Under the pieces are notes generated by a model. The model was not told the origin of the DNA. It was given only the letters and a program-made list of their open reading frames with translations, and did no database searches. The translations under genes were made by a program, and so were the position numbers. This document shows, in pieces, positions 1 through 13,060 of a DNA stretch of 64,000 nt (within the stretch, counting starts at the first letter, position 1; each line of letters begins with the position of its first letter). Source of the DNA: Catajapyx aquilonaris (taxonomy: Eukaryota). Location of the stretch: positions 1 through 64,000 of the forward strand of contig KZ538241.1 in assembly GCA_000934665.2 (NCBI GenBank), written 5' to 3'.

Positions 1-1190
1 CCTCGTGACCCAATTTTGAGGGGGGCAGAGGTCAAATTTCGACCTCACCGGATTTTTTTCAAATTTGGTGCATTGGTAGCCCACACCAAGGGATGAAAAA
101 CGCACCTATAGTTACCTGATCAAAATGACCTCGTGACCCAATTTTGAGGGGGGCAGAGGTCAAATTTCGACCTCACCGGATTTTTTTCAAATTTGGTGCA
201 TTGGTAGCCCACACCAAGGGATGAAAAACGCAACTATAGTTACCTGATAAAAATGACCTCGTGACCCAATTTTGAGGGGGGCAGAGGTCAAATCATAAAA
301 TTCCGACCTCACCGATGTTATTGAAATTCGGTGGAAGGGTAGCCCACGCCAAGGGATAAAAAATGGCACCTATAGTTGCCTGATCAAAATGACCTCGTGA
401 CCCAATTTTGAGGGGGGCAGAGGTCAAATCATAAAATTTCGACCTCACTGATTTTCTTGAAATTCGGTGCATTAGTAGCCCACACCAAGGGATGACAAAC
501 CCACCTATAGTTCCCTGCTCGACATGACCCTGTGACCCATATTGGAGGGGGACATAATTATGTCAATGCACCGAATTTCAAGAAAATCGGTGAGTTATAG
601 GGCTGTGCGATATCCGAAATTGCATATCGACTTTCGATACTCAAAAAATATCGAATCGAAGTTCATGTATCGAAAATCGAAAAACCGACATCGAAAAATA
701 TCGAAAAATATCGCAAACCGACATCGAACCGACATCGAAAATATCGCAAAATATCGCAAACCGACATCGCAAAATATCGCGATGTCGGGTTGCGATAATT
801 TGCGATGTCGGTTTTTCGATTTTCGATATATCGACTTCGATGCGATATTTTTTTAGTATCGAAAGTCGATATGCAATTTCGGATATCGCACAGCCCTACC
901 TATCGGTGAGGTCGAAATTTTATGATTTGACCTCTGCCCCCCTCAAAATTGGGTCACGAGGTCATTTTGATCAGGTAACTATAGGTGCGTTTTTCATCCC
1001 TTGGTGTGGGCTACCAATGCACCGAATTTCAAGAAAATCCGGTGAGGTCGAAATTTGACCTCTGCCCCCCTCAAAATTGGGTCACGAGGTCATTTTTATC
1101 AGGTAACTATAGGTGCGTTTTTCATCCCTTGGTGTGGGCTACCAATGCAATGCACCGAATTTCAAGAAAAACGGCGAGGTCATAAAATTT
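1..1190. mobile_element. Foldback-like repeat: ~128-bp tandem units arranged as two inverted arms (truncated at the left window edge)
   Basis: Unit starting CCTCGTGACCCAATTTTGAGGGGGGCAG recurs at 1, 129, 257 and 393. Reverse-complement copies (GGGTCACGAGG) occur at 951 and 1079. No coding capacity seen. Confidence 0.8.
598..898. mobile_element. MITE with TAGGGCTGTG termini nested in the foldback repeat
   Basis: TAGGGCTGTGCGATATCCGAAATTGCATATCGACTTTCGATACT at 598 has its reverse complement ending at 898. The interior is made of short CGAAAAATAT/CGACAT repeats. No clean flush TSD. Confidence 0.85.
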
Positions 1191-2442
1191 CCGGAAAAGG
1201 GGGGAAAAAAACTCAGGCCCTGGGGTAATGCAATCCCTCAAAAACTCCGTCATCAAAGGGTGATTTTCCAAAAACTTACTACTGTAATGCGATGTCCCGG
1301 CATATAATAACTCAAAAATGGCTTGACTGAGAGAGTTGATTATTTAACATCTGTTGAAGCAGTTGACACCTAGCCATCCCCATGCAAACAAACTGAGAAA
1401 AATATTAAATTACCTTTTGCTGCAAAAAAATGTCCGAGGGCCTAGAATCACTCTTCCGGACATGTCCCGATCATATTATATTTAAAGCATACTATATTTT
1501 CTTGCCATTTTATCATTAACATTAGACATGTTACAATATTATAATTAAATTGTACATACTTGACGATATAAAACAGCATCTTAAAAACAATTTAATCATT
1601 TGACATGACCTTGCTGCATCACCCCAGAGTATGTCCCGAGTTTTCATGTTACTCTCCTGGATCAGGATATTTTAAGAAAATTGCAGCGAAACAACTGAAT
1701 TTTTTACTCAGTTATTTGGCAACAATCCTTCTCCATGAGACCTTGATTTAACTACTGATTTCAGTGCAAAAAGTACGTCTCCTAGTGGGTTTTTAAAAAA
1801 TTAAGGAGTTATAAATTCATTTATGTAGCACATTTTTCACTCACACTCCTGGCTCAATTTTCTACGGCACATAATGAGTATTATGTTTTGAAATAACTTT
1901 ATTCCATGGCATGAATGGACCTCATCACCTGACAGTTTCTAGAGTCAACATTTGTTCTGGACCGTGTTATTAACCCTAATGCATCCAAAGGTCATTCTTC
2001 TGGGTTCTGGCTGCCAAACTCCTGGCAATAATATTTAACAATATTAATATTTTAACAAAATTATCGTTCTTGAACAAGATGCGACTCAAAAAATTGGCCA
2101 TCATCAACTAGTGTCTGAAAAATTAATACTGTATTAAAATTCTGGCAGCTTTTTAGTGCCGGCCGTGGCCATTTCAAGTGCAAAACAATGGGAAATTCTC
2201 GACTTTTGAGCCCAGGTTTTCACTACTTGGGGGAGGCCTCATGATACGAGGAGCGTTCATAAAATTCGTACCTTTGGGTTTGAGAAAAAGAGAGAAAAGG
2301 TTCAAATTGCAATAATACGTAATTACCAACACCATATACGCATAAATCTGTGTTTTTATTGTTCGCAGGGCATATATGCGATGTTATGCACATGCTGTGC
2401 CCCATAGCAAACCCATAAGACAGTTCTTACCCACCAGGTTAA

Positions 2443-3369
2443 AGGGACACTCCAGTCTGAAGACAAGTTGATGTCTAAAAATCAGGCAAAAAATCCTGAC
2501 TCCAACGCAAAAATCAGTTTGTCTCAAAACAGAACCGTAACCGGGGTCGCGGGGTCAAATCCTCGCCGTCTGCTAACCAAGCAGAGCCGCCACTCGGGGA
2601 ATGGCAGTTTCAATGCGTTTTTCCCTATTCGGGTGTGTCGCCGCCTGCTGAGGATGATGTCAAACATCAAGCAGTCATACCTTTGGGATGGACCTAAGCG
2701 TTATTGTATGCGCATCTACAATTAGCTGCTACTTTTAGCTGCTAATTAGGTCCATGAATCCCAAGATGGCGGCGCCCGGGCGGTCGAGAGCTAGTTGTAG
2801 CAAGTTGTAGTCACACGGAGGAGTACCGGTAAGTACCGGTAGTACCGGCTGATATGTAAATGCAGCTGTAAATAAATGCGTCAAATGCTGTCGCAGGTGA
2901 TGTGGAGGGCCCCGCCGAGGTTGGCAGTGGCCCCAGTGGGGAAGGAGCGGGCTACATGGAGCCTAGCTGGCACGGGTTTCTCCCCTACCAATTCCAGCTT
3001 CTGGTTCCGGTTCCGAGTTCCGGGCGGTTCCAACCCCACCCAGTAGGTTGGAAAAAAATTGTATTTTGTTGCGCTTGGATCCATGGTTGGATCCGCCGCA
3101 TTAACATTTATACATTTTCAATCACGCGCGCCAGGCATGTACGGTCGTCGTTTCGCCACCCACCCGAGTGAGGCGCCACTTACGGCGAGTAGGCGATTGA
3201 CACGCCTCCCGTGACGTCACTCCGCAAGCGGGGGATACGAATGCTGCCAACTTTGACCTTCTCTCCGGGCCTTACGGTTCTGTTTTGAGACAAACGGATT
3301 TTTGCGTTGGAGTCAGGATTTTTTGCCTGATTTTTAGACGTCAACTTGTCTTCAGACTGGAGTGTCCCT
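2443..3369. mobile_element. Non-autonomous Kolobok-type DNA transposon (MITE)
   Basis: 98-bp near-perfect TIRs (2443-2540 and 3272-3369) starting AGGGACACTCCAG. TTAA on both sides (2439-2442, 3370-3373). Purine-purine termini with a TTAA TSD fit Kolobok. Confidence 0.85.
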
Positions 3370-3377
3370 TTAAGGAT

Positions 3378-4387
3378 TTACTGGGGACCTTTAAAACACT
3401 CTTCTATTGGCTTGAAAGTGGTGCAGTCCTTCGCATTGCATTTACTTCCTGTCAAGGTGGAAAGTGCGTAAGTTAATTGATTGCACCAGGCATTTCAGAA
3501 TAATTGCGATTACATTCGCATCGGTTGAAATATCGTGGGCTCTCCTGCGACAAGTTGGTACTCGTGTCATTTTAGTAGATCAAAGAACCCATTGCGTATT
3601 CATTCATGAAATGTGCATTTTCGGCCACATGATATGACTTTGTTTTATCCCTTCTCTCCTTAGGGCACCAACAGCACTAGTGGACGTTTGCGATATTTCA
3701 GCCGATGTGTAAGCCTAACTCCGAAACACATGATATGCATTGCATAATATGTCAAATATACAGTAATATTGTAGTTACGCTGTTCCTTACCTGCGTTTCT
3801 CACGCAATCTTGAATTTCCTTATCAAGTCCTGCCACTTTACCGTCAGGACCAGGGCACTTTTTCAGCTCATCAAAGAATGTGTCGCAGTCAAATGTACCA
3901 TCCTCCTTAAGCTGCATGGAACAAATTACAGTAGATGTGTCAAAGAAAATTTTGCTCAAAATAGTTTTGTGATGATCAGTGATCGAACACTGTTGGTAGA
4001 AACTTACCGTACCAGCCGTCTTGAGTGCACATCTAATTGGGCACTCCTAAAAATAATGAGTTTAGTAAAATTAATGACGCTGTACTTTTAAATTAGTGAA
4101 GTATATGTTTACCGGGTCCTCGTCAGCGCATTTTCGGAAGTTTGGGTCCGAAAGTTTACACTGTAAGAAAGTGATGTCGTATAAGTCACATTAAACTTAT
4201 GCTCTGAAGTTGATTGTCCTTGCGATTACAACACCGCTAGGGTAATCAAGAGTCACTCTCTATTCCTGTGGTGATTTGATGTACCGAGAGTCTTAATTGA
4301 GTAAACCTGACTTACCTCACCATCACCCTGAGCTTGATTGCTCATGAATAGCACAGCCACGCAGCAGAAGAAAAAGACAGTCTTCAT
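3378..4387 (-). CDS. Odorant-binding-protein-like secreted protein A (116 aa, 10 Cys in mature part)
   Basis: Exons 4387-4316, 4160-4113, 4046-4008, 3911-3791, 3448-3378, all GT-AG and in frame: MKTVFFFCCVAVLFMSNQAQGDGE/CKLSDPNFRKCADEDP/ECPIRCALKTAGT/LKEDGTFDCDTFFDELKKCPGPDGKVAGLDKEIQDCVRNAG/SKCNAKDCTTFKPIEECFKGPQ*. Signal peptide, C-X3-C followed by G.L.EDG.FD, terminal C-X8-C. Confidence 0.85.
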
Positions 4388-4435
4388 GGTTTACCCTCAA
4401 GTGAGAAAATGATAATCATTGCAGACTTTCACGTC

Positions 4436-4443
4436 TTTTTATA
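4436..4443 (-). promoter_or_regulatory. TATA box of OBP-like gene A
   Basis: TATAAAAA on the minus strand about 50 bp upstream of the ATG. TATA-like boxes lie at similar distances before genes B (~6537-6544), D (~10262-10269) and F (~18494-18502). Confidence 0.6.
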
Positions 4444-5512
4444 GCGTTGCTGTGCCATAGGGATGATTGATGATGTAATTGTGTCACCTTGCACTTATTG
4501 ATGCCATGCATTCCATGGTGTGAATTATGCAATTTCCTTCTGATTTGTTAAGAACAAATGCATGGGTGAGGTTATTTCCTCAGTTCGTGTCAGGATGCTG
4601 TAGAATTCCTGAATGACGTGTAAATCACGCCAGTGACCACAAACCTACACTACATCTATACTGTGCATTGTGTATTTAAAAAACTCACTTTTTGTTGACC
4701 ACTGAATGCAATTTTTTTATGCCTTTGGGAGATCACAGTTTTCCGGTGACATGATATGTCACAATTGTCACTGACAGTGACTTGACGTGCTTTAAAAAGT
4801 ATCGGCCTTGTCCTTTCACTACTCCATGCAAAGTGTTGGGCATTTAAGAGCTAATTACCAGTACGTAGCGTCGTAGACTATTAGAGATAGTATATTGTTC
4901 ATTTTTTAAAAGAAATTGCGTGACGGTTTGTCCCAATTGAAGGGGTATCCGGCGGTATCAAAAGAACCGCAATAATAATGGCTTCTGCATTCCTCATAAC
5001 TTACATAAGATTGTTTTTCCTTCATTTATCTTAGGTTTAACTTCAGAGTAGGTATAACTTCGAATGATTTCCAACCCGTAGATGCGTTACCAGCACGGTA
5101 GTTTACTCTGAAGGCCTTACACGTGACCTCCGAAGCTTTGCTGCCAAGAGTAGAGCGCTGAATATGCAGGGACAGGGTGGGAAGTTAATTGATATTAACT
5201 TTCAATTACTACCCAGCATTCACTCAGAACCACCACCAAGAAAAATTATCTCGGACAGGAAAACTTGCACGAGCAATGCAATGATGGACCTTTTATTCAC
5301 ACCTTACCCCCTTGAACCATGGAGATGTATATAGGACTGTAATGATCCAGAAACTGAAAAAAATTACAAAGTAGGTACAAACAGTATACTAGCACCAAAC
5401 ACTAAACATATTTGCCTGTACTGTGTATTGTATGTACATTATTACGAACATGCCTTACTTCACACCAAACCAATACGATTTTGTCACCCACATTCCGAAA
5501 AATTGATGATTG

Positions 5513-6490
5513 TTAATGAAAACAGTTGAGTAAGTCGTCGTAACTGGAGCAATTTTTGTCATTGCATTTTTCTCCTGGAAAGGAAGGAAAGTGTTTCAGT
5601 TTCTGAAATACACTGAATTGTCAATTGTCGTTTCAACTGAATTGTCCGTATAGCAGTGTTTATGAATATTTGACATTAAGCAGCTTATTTTAAGCAGTTT
5701 CTTTGAGCAGCTGCTTTTGTAAGTTATAAAATATTTTTGTTGTTACCGTATTTTTTGGAGCAAGCTTTTTCGTCGTCATTCAAGTCTGATACTCCTCCTG
5801 GGAGGGGGCATTTTCTCATCTCAGCAAAGAATGTCTCGCAGTCCAATACACCACCATCTTTCAGCTGTGTGCGAAAAGTGATCCGTATCGAAAATGTAGC
5901 TTTGTGTGCTTTACACACAAAAAAAGTGCACATTGTCATTGTCTGTGCACTTTGTGACTCTTTATAAAGTCTATTCCATCACCAGCAGTCACCGACCATC
6001 ATCATATGCTTTATTTATCATGGTCCGGCCTGCAGCAACGTCCACGTGGCCGACCAACAATGCCTTCACATTTTATTTATACACCATAAAATCACATACA
6101 ACACAAATACATTAGACATGATTTCATATCTTTAAAAATTGTAGCAGTCACCGAGCACTATACTTACAGTTCCAGCTTTCTTGAGTACGCATCTCATTGG
6201 GCAATACTGAAATGAGCTCAGTGAAATTATTGGCGCTACAGGCCTACATTTAAACTAGTAAGGTGTAGTGGTTACCTTATCCTCTTTCTGGCATTCTTTG
6301 ATGCTCTGGGACGACAATTTACACTAAAAAAAATGACACCGCGTAAGTTGCACGAACATTGCACTAATAGCAGCTATAATGAGACATCATAGTAACATGC
6401 CAGTTCGTTACTTACTTCGCTTTTATGAGTGTGAACTTGATTGCTCAGGAACAACAGAGCCAAACCGAAAAAGAAAATTACGATGTTCAT
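5513..6490 (-). CDS. Odorant-binding-protein-like secreted protein B (113 aa, 10 Cys)
   Basis: Exons 6490-6416, 6323-6276, 6206-6168, 5864-5747, 5574-5513: MNIVIFFFGLALLFLSNQVHTHKSE/CKLSSQSIKECQKEDK/YCPMRCVLKKAGT/LKDGGVLDCETFFAEMRKCPLPGGVSDLNDDEKACSKKYG/EKCNDKNCSSYDDLLNCFH*. Closest paralog of A. Confidence 0.85.
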
Positions 6491-7062
6491 GGTTTATCCC
6501 CGAGTGAGAACATCAGACATGCATATTTTCACGTTGTTTTTATATCCCTACTGTAGTAGGATGTAACTTTTTCAGCTTGCTCGTGTATCATGCAATCCGC
6601 AATTACGTCATTTCCTCCCTATTTGTTAATGACAATTGCTTGTGTTTGATTTATCCCTCAGTTCCTGTCAGTAAAATTCTAAGAACAAATTATCGAATTC
6701 TATGTCAAACATGTTATTCCAAAAAAATAAAATAAGAAAAATAAAATAATAGAGGCTGCTGTCTTGCAACTTATCAGAAGAATTACGGCTTTACAATTAC
6801 TGAATATCGGAGCTGGTTATTATCGGTGTGTGTTCATTCACTTACGGAATAGCGTCAGGAGAGGAGCTACGTATTTTGGTCCCATTGCGATAAAGGGAAG
6901 AAACGTAAGGAGCAAGGCTATATGACCAACCGAAATACTCGTACTGAATGATATACAGTACGTCATAATACCGTACAAGAAGAGACGCGTTTCCGATGTC
7001 ATGCAGACCTTTATTGTTCATTTCCTTCTTTTCCTACGATAGTTACACATTTACCTCCAGTA

Positions 7063-7818
7063 TTAGCGTTTTCCCGGCGGTTTTTTCAAGCAGGTCCTAT
7101 AATTGTCGTAACAGGGGCAGTCGTTATACTTGCATACACTTTCTGAAAATGAAATGTGGCATTAACATTATTGCGAAATAACATACTGTCATAGTTAGAA
7201 AAAATAATAATCTATCACTTACGCCACTTTCTCATGCAATTTGGTACAAAACTAGGAAGTGGGATGGGCGAACATGACTGCAATGCAGCTGCTACTTTTT
7301 CAACGGCCACAGTGCCGTCCTTGCTCAACTGTATCGATTAAAAAGTTGTCTCTTAGAAGATAATTATCAGAATACCGTGCAATCATGTTACAATATGGTC
7401 ACACTTACCGCGCCACCTTTTTCAAACGTGCATCTTGCGGCACATCTCTAAAAATGGATAGGAGAAAATAGGCTGTATCAGGCGTAATATTGAAATTGAT
7501 GTACAACCTACCTCGTCTGCCTCTTTGCAGGCACGAAAGTAGTCAGAATGGACTTTACACTGTAATTGAAAGACTGCGTGTAAATTTCATACAAATAATT
7601 ATTGTTACCTGCAATGATACGAGACCAATCTCTCTGGTTGCATCTGATTGTTTGATTATACAAGTCACTGAGTAGGGACTCCTCTTGATTATTTAGCAGA
7701 ATTTCAATGACACTTAGGTTGCATTATTGCATCGGCTTACTATTACCTGAGCCTGAACATCATGGATCAAAATCAGAACAGCACCGCAGGATAGTATGAA
7801 GGCAAACACCTTCTCCAT
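7063..7818 (-). CDS. Odorant-binding-protein-like secreted protein C (114 aa, 10 Cys)
   Basis: Exons 7818-7747, 7559-7512, 7447-7409, 7328-7223, 7142-7063: MEKVFAFILSCGAVLILIHDVQAQ/CKVHSDYFRACKEADE/RCAARCTFEKGGA/LSKDGTVAVEKVAAALQSCSPIPLPSFVPNCMRKWQ/SVCKYNDCPCYDNYRTCLKKPPGKR*. Absent from the ORF track. Confidence 0.85.
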
Positions 7819-8267
7819 GGCTATCTCATGATGTGCAGACTCAGCTTCATGCGTTGCGACTGAAGCTTTCGAGCTCTATTGTTCTCCGTTATATGGCTGA
7901 TAGAGCCTAAACAATGAGTGCCTTGCAGGTCATTAATACATTTCCTGTCTACAGTTTCATTTTTATTTCTCGGGAACAAATCATATTCTCCAGCCTCGTT
8001 ACGTAATTCCAATGAAATGATGTGCAACAATACAATGGAGCGTGACACAAATGATAATAAATTGCAAGTCATCGTTTTATAGATGTCGAGGTGACGCCTT
8101 GGATTTTATTTCTGAAATTTAATGGCATTTTCTGAAGTTGATCTGTATGACGCTTCAGTGTACTGTTATACTTATACACTGAAGAGTCTACAGATCTACT
8201 TCAATAGGTCGAGGCTTGTCATTGAGAATCATACGTACTTTCAAAAGCATGCTGTAAATGCCATTAA

Positions 8268-8792
8268 CCCTTTGCTGCCTACGGACATCATAATATGATG
8301 TCCTGCTGGTTTTTGAACTGGGAGCGCTAGAGTTTACACAAAAATGGTGCAGTTTGAGGCTCAAACTGCACCTACCACCTCGTGGAAGGGGGCTCAACTA
8401 CCATGGCGTATGCTAATCAGTTTTCCCCCCTCCCAGAGGGAGCTAAGCCTACCCCCTCCCGCCTGAAAGTTTTTGACAACATGCAAAGTCTGGACTCGTG
8501 GTAATTTCTCAAAATACAGTGTTTTAGTAGTATTATGTAACCACAGTAACAATTTTATAGTGACGTTAAAAATTTAAATAAATTTAATTACGATTCAAGT
8601 TAATTGCACTTTAAAATTTTTCTGGACCACCCTGTAGATGAATTTTTTCGGCATTTTACATTCAAAAGGACCACCACGAGTTGAAATGATAAATATTGGA
8701 GCATATTGTTTTTCATTAATATTACTCCTACTAGAAATTTATTTTTTTCATAAAGAGACTAAAATGGCCAAAAAAACTCAGGCATCAAAGGG
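8268..8792. mobile_element. piggyBac-type non-autonomous element
   Basis: TTAA|CCCTTTGCTGCCT ... AGGCATCAAAGGG|TTAA: short TIR with one mismatch, TTAA at 8264-8267 and 8793-8796. Confidence 0.75.
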
Positions 8793-9097
8793 TTAAATTA
8801 CTGTATAGAAGGAATAAGGTGAAGGCTACAGTTTTCTAGCCATTACCATACATATAGCACACAACTATTATTATTATTAATGTTGAGGGTATGCACCTAT
8901 AGTACGTGCGTCTCTGAAATTTTTAGAATGTAGGTCACACTTGATGTGCAATAAAAATGATCCATTGCAGTTATTGTTCAATCATACTTCTCGCACCATT
9001 CTTCACTTGTTGATACAAACGCGGGCAACGTACTGGCATGCTTGTGTTGTCATCAATGGAAGTACACTATAGGACGTGCTATCGGTGCAGTCTCTCC

Positions 9098-10203
9098 TCA
9101 ATGAGAAAAACACTCATCCAGCTTATCGAAACCACTGCAATCATCTGCATTATACTCACGAGCTGTATGAAATGTGGGAGAAACCAATTAATTATTATTG
9201 GAACTATACTAAAGGGCCATTCTTAGCCATTTCATTTCACAAACGAGCTTTATACACTCGCTACATGTAAAAGGGGGATTTCAAAACTCGTTTGGGAAAA
9301 ATAGCGTATGTATACAGGGTGTTAATCCTAAGCGTGTCACCAGAAAAGGTGGTGGTAGAGGGCCAAGGTGTGAGCATTTTTGCATAAGGAACTAGGGGTC
9401 GGAAACGCACCCTCACCGAGTTACGCCCCTTTCAAGTTTGCGGCAGGCAGTGTGCAAGAGGCGTGCGGCACGCGGCGGAGTGACTCGGTGAGGGTGCGTT
9501 TCTGACCCCTAGTTCCTTATGCAAAAATGCTCACACCTGCGCCCTCTACCACCACCTTTTCTGGTGACACGCTTAGGATTAACACCCTGCATATGAACTT
9601 ACGTTTTTTTACGCATTCTAAAATCCGATTTTTTATATTCTCGTGGCTATCCTTCAGAAGACAAGCTTCCAAAAACTGTGAAAACTTGCTAATATTCGGA
9701 GTGTTATCCTCTTGGAGCTGAATTGTAATTAAAGATGAGAATTAAGTGGTTATTATCAATACACTAAAGTGTATACGTATGTTGCATTGTGTACTAACCG
9801 CTTCAATCTTGCCCATCATGCATTGCATAAAGCACTGGAAAGCAATAATAACAATAATTAGGGGATCATTATTTCTATAGTATTATTAGTGTAGGTACTA
9901 GTGGTCAACGCTAATGAATATGCAGGGTTGTATCAACAGGCTCAACAGAATTGTTGTATTAATTTGAGTTGATGCAACCGGGCCTAACTGTCAGTGACAT
10001 TTACCTTGGGCTTATCCTCTGTGTCTATCCTGCACCGATGTACATCGAGTGGTTTTTCTTCCGGGCACTGAAGAGGTACACATTATTTGAAATTATGCTG
10101 TACTTTGTATAGCACATGCTTAGTTTACCTGATAAGGTTCAGCTTGAGATTTGTTCCCAACGAGTATCGCACAGAGAATGATAAATAAACCGCTGTGCTT
10201 CAT
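9098..10203 (-). CDS. Odorant-binding-protein-like secreted protein D (117 aa, 8 Cys)
   Basis: Exons 10203-10129, 10067-10005, 9834-9799, 9717-9603, 9162-9098: MKHSGLFIILCAILVGNKSQAEPYQ/CPEEKPLDVHRCRIDTEDKPK/CFMQCMMGKIEA/LQEDNTPNISKFSQFLEACLLKDSHENIKNRILECVKKP/REYNADDCSGFDKLDECFSH*. Confidence 0.85.
9315..9589. mobile_element. Tc1/mariner-type MITE in intron 4 of OBP-like gene D
   Basis: CAGGGTGTTAATCCTAAGCGTGTCACCAG ... CTGGTGACACGCTTAGGATTAACACCCTG with ~105-bp arms. TA on the left, CA (probably a mutated TA) on the right. Confidence 0.85.
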
Positions 10204-11101
10204 GTCTAATGCTTTTTTTTTTGCAAATGTTTCGATGATTTATGGGCTCGGCGTACCTTCATTTATATACGGTTCAGTGCTTTGAGTGCACAATTCATGT
10301 GGACCATGCATTTAAAATGAGATCCGGGTTTTTTACTCCGTCCATTTACAATGCTTCCGGCATACGTAGGTTTTGTACAACAAGTGCCATTGCCAAGGTC
10401 AATTCCTCGTGATATCTTTACAATAGTTGCCAATCGCGACTGAGCTGTGCTGAAAAAAACGTTGCGACAAGCAGGAATTTAACAGAAAGTAATCAGCTTG
10501 CTTTTGTGCGTTTCTACTTTTTTGTTGCCCTTGTTGGTCCTTTTCTAGCTGTCAGAGTTGGCTATGAAAAAAATAGTTGTTTGTACACTACAAGTACGTA
10601 ACGTACAAAAAATAGTATTATCTTGTTCTTCTGAATGCTGTAATGTGAACAACATACTGTGTAACAATATTGTAAAACTAGCGAATTTCATAATGTTCAT
10701 AATGTATAATTATTCATTCCATAATTCCTTCAACATTGAATCACTGACTTATGTAACGCTTCTTCTACATAATACAAAAAGTACACAGTTTGTTGAAGGT
10801 TGCCGGATATCTTGAATAGAAAACAGATGCCCTCTGACCCACTTGCTTCCTTCTTATGTCAGATCATTCAGTGTGCTGGCTATGAAAATAACTGCAGATT
10901 TAATTGTAATTGTTGGCGCAGGGTTGGAAATTACTTCCACAATTTATTGAATGAAATACTCGTACATTGTGTATGTAGCAGTGCATTTTTTGTTGTGCAT
11001 CATTTGTGCTTGAGTAATACAAGTAAGCATAGTCGCATGTCGTCATAATTCATAAATCCATATGGGTGTCACACTGTAGGCTAACTCCAGTGTGAAGGTG
11101 G

Positions 11102-11821
11102 CTAATTATCTGGCAAGCAATCTCCCAACGCTTTGTAAGAGTCGCAACTATCTTTTCGCACATTAGGGGCTGTGAAGGTGATGTGAGTTATTATTAATAC
11201 CAGGCGTAGCAGTGTATTCTTCCTGTTACTTACCAGCTTTCTCAAAGCATCCGCGTTCCCCATCAGTAGCATCCGTTTGGTCGCTTTTTAATTTACAGAC
11301 ACTTATGAACTTACACATATTTTCAGTGTTAAGTGTCCCATCTTCATTCAGCTGGAATGAGCGAAAGGAGTAACACCTGCGTTGGAACAGACTTGATCTA
11401 ATCTATTAAAATAATCTTCATTGATTATAAGTTATATCAATTTCACTCACCGCGCCGCCCTTTTCTAAAATGCACTTTGTTTGACACTGAAACATTGTTC
11501 AAACAGAACATTACTGATTAGTACAGCATTATATGTACGGACAATGTATAATTTATTAGTGTTGAACATGCGGTGCTGCAATACTTACGTTGTCTTCACC
11601 TTCACCGTCAGGACACTCCACATCCCATTTTTCTGGTGGAAAGGCACACTCCTGTGTAAATGATACAATGTAAATATTATAGTGAAAGTTGGCAGTACGG
11701 GCCATAATTATCCTAAAAACACAATACTGAAATAAGTCTTGCAGTAACTTACACCATCCGCCAGGGCATGATCGCTCAAGAATGTTACAGCGCCACATAT
11801 AAAAAGTAACAATAACTTCAT
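11102..11821 (-). CDS. Odorant-binding-protein-like secreted protein E (117 aa, 9 Cys)
   Basis: Exons 11821-11753, 11651-11589, 11486-11451, 11351-11234, 11169-11102: MKLLLLFICGAVTFLSDHALADG/ECAFPPEKWDVECPDGEGEDN/CQTKCILEKGGA/LNEDGTLNTENMCKFISVCKLKSDQTDATDGERGCFEKAA/PNVRKDSCDSYKALGDCLPDN*. Confidence 0.85.
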
Positions 11822-13060
11822 GTTGAATGTTCTGTAGGAGTCTCCCGATGAGGACTGCTGACTTTTTTGATTGTAGCTCAGTAAACAAGCAATAACCAAG
11901 AAGGTAAGTTCAGAAATATTGCGCTACACTCCCTTCCTTCTGTATTACGTGTATCACAGTTTTATGGTGTCACTCCACATGTCCTTGAAACATTTGGTGA
12001 TATATTGCGTTCACATCACATTTGAAGTGAAAGAAAGCTCGTTTATTGTCCTAATTGCATGCGAACGTGGAGGATCCCGGATACAAATACTCAAATATCT
12101 GCTGCAACAAAATATTGTATGACATACGCATCCTGGAGTCATCAACGAACATGACAGAGAGGGCTCTAGAATCTAACGCTAACTTCCCATGAATGCCATG
12201 TGAGAATAAAGTGTGTTGAGTGCTGACCTGTATCCTGTATGCAGACGTAGGGCCTATTTAATCTCGAAATTTTAATTCGAAGTCTTCTGTCCCATCTGTG
12301 GTCGTGAAGTACATGATGTGCCTACTCTGGATCTGGTCAAGGGCCACCCCAATGAGAAGCCAAAAATGAAGTTGAGTGAATAACACTTCAGTATTATGAT
12401 GTCAGGATTTTGGCTGCCTCTCATTGGGCCTGTGAACGCATATGCTCAGGCTGAATCTGGATGGATGAGTTGTTGCCTCTACTTTGATGCTTCAATTCTT
12501 GAACCATCTCTTGCTTGCAACTTGCGTCCTCTGGTTTCAGGCAAAAAAAGTGGCGAATCCAGTCAGGAATCTGCAGAATGCCAACACTACTCCTGCAATG
12601 TAACCACAGCCAGATGCCTGAATAAATAATGATTAAATGTTAATCTACACCATCATGGCAAACCGCAAGAACTTGTCTAGAATGGAAATTGCCTGTTCAG
12701 TACCTTTACTTTAGTACTTTACACACTATGGCAAAAGTTCATTAAAAATACCTGACCAGACCAAACAAAAATTCCTTTAAAATTAAATAAAAAATAAATA
12801 AACCATAAGATAAACAGATTAATTAATTAATTAACCAATAAATAGATAAATAAATATATGTTTTCACTGATTCCAGGGTCTGCTACAGGTCGATTAATTC
12901 ATTGCATATGTCCTTGAATAAACCCACCAAGATCTCATACAGCTTCATTCAATTATTGTACGGTACAGACACACTCAGTTATAAATGTCAAATATTCGCT
13001 TGAGAACTTTACATCGAATCTGGCAAGCCTGAAAGGACATACCAGCTGCTTCTACAGCAA

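Noticed and set aside
1..1190. Regularly spaced repeats resembling a CRISPR array, and ORFs 187-369, 542-856, 840-1058
   Set aside because: Units are contiguous tandem copies with no unique spacers, the context is eukaryotic with no cas genes, and the ORFs are by-products of the repeat.
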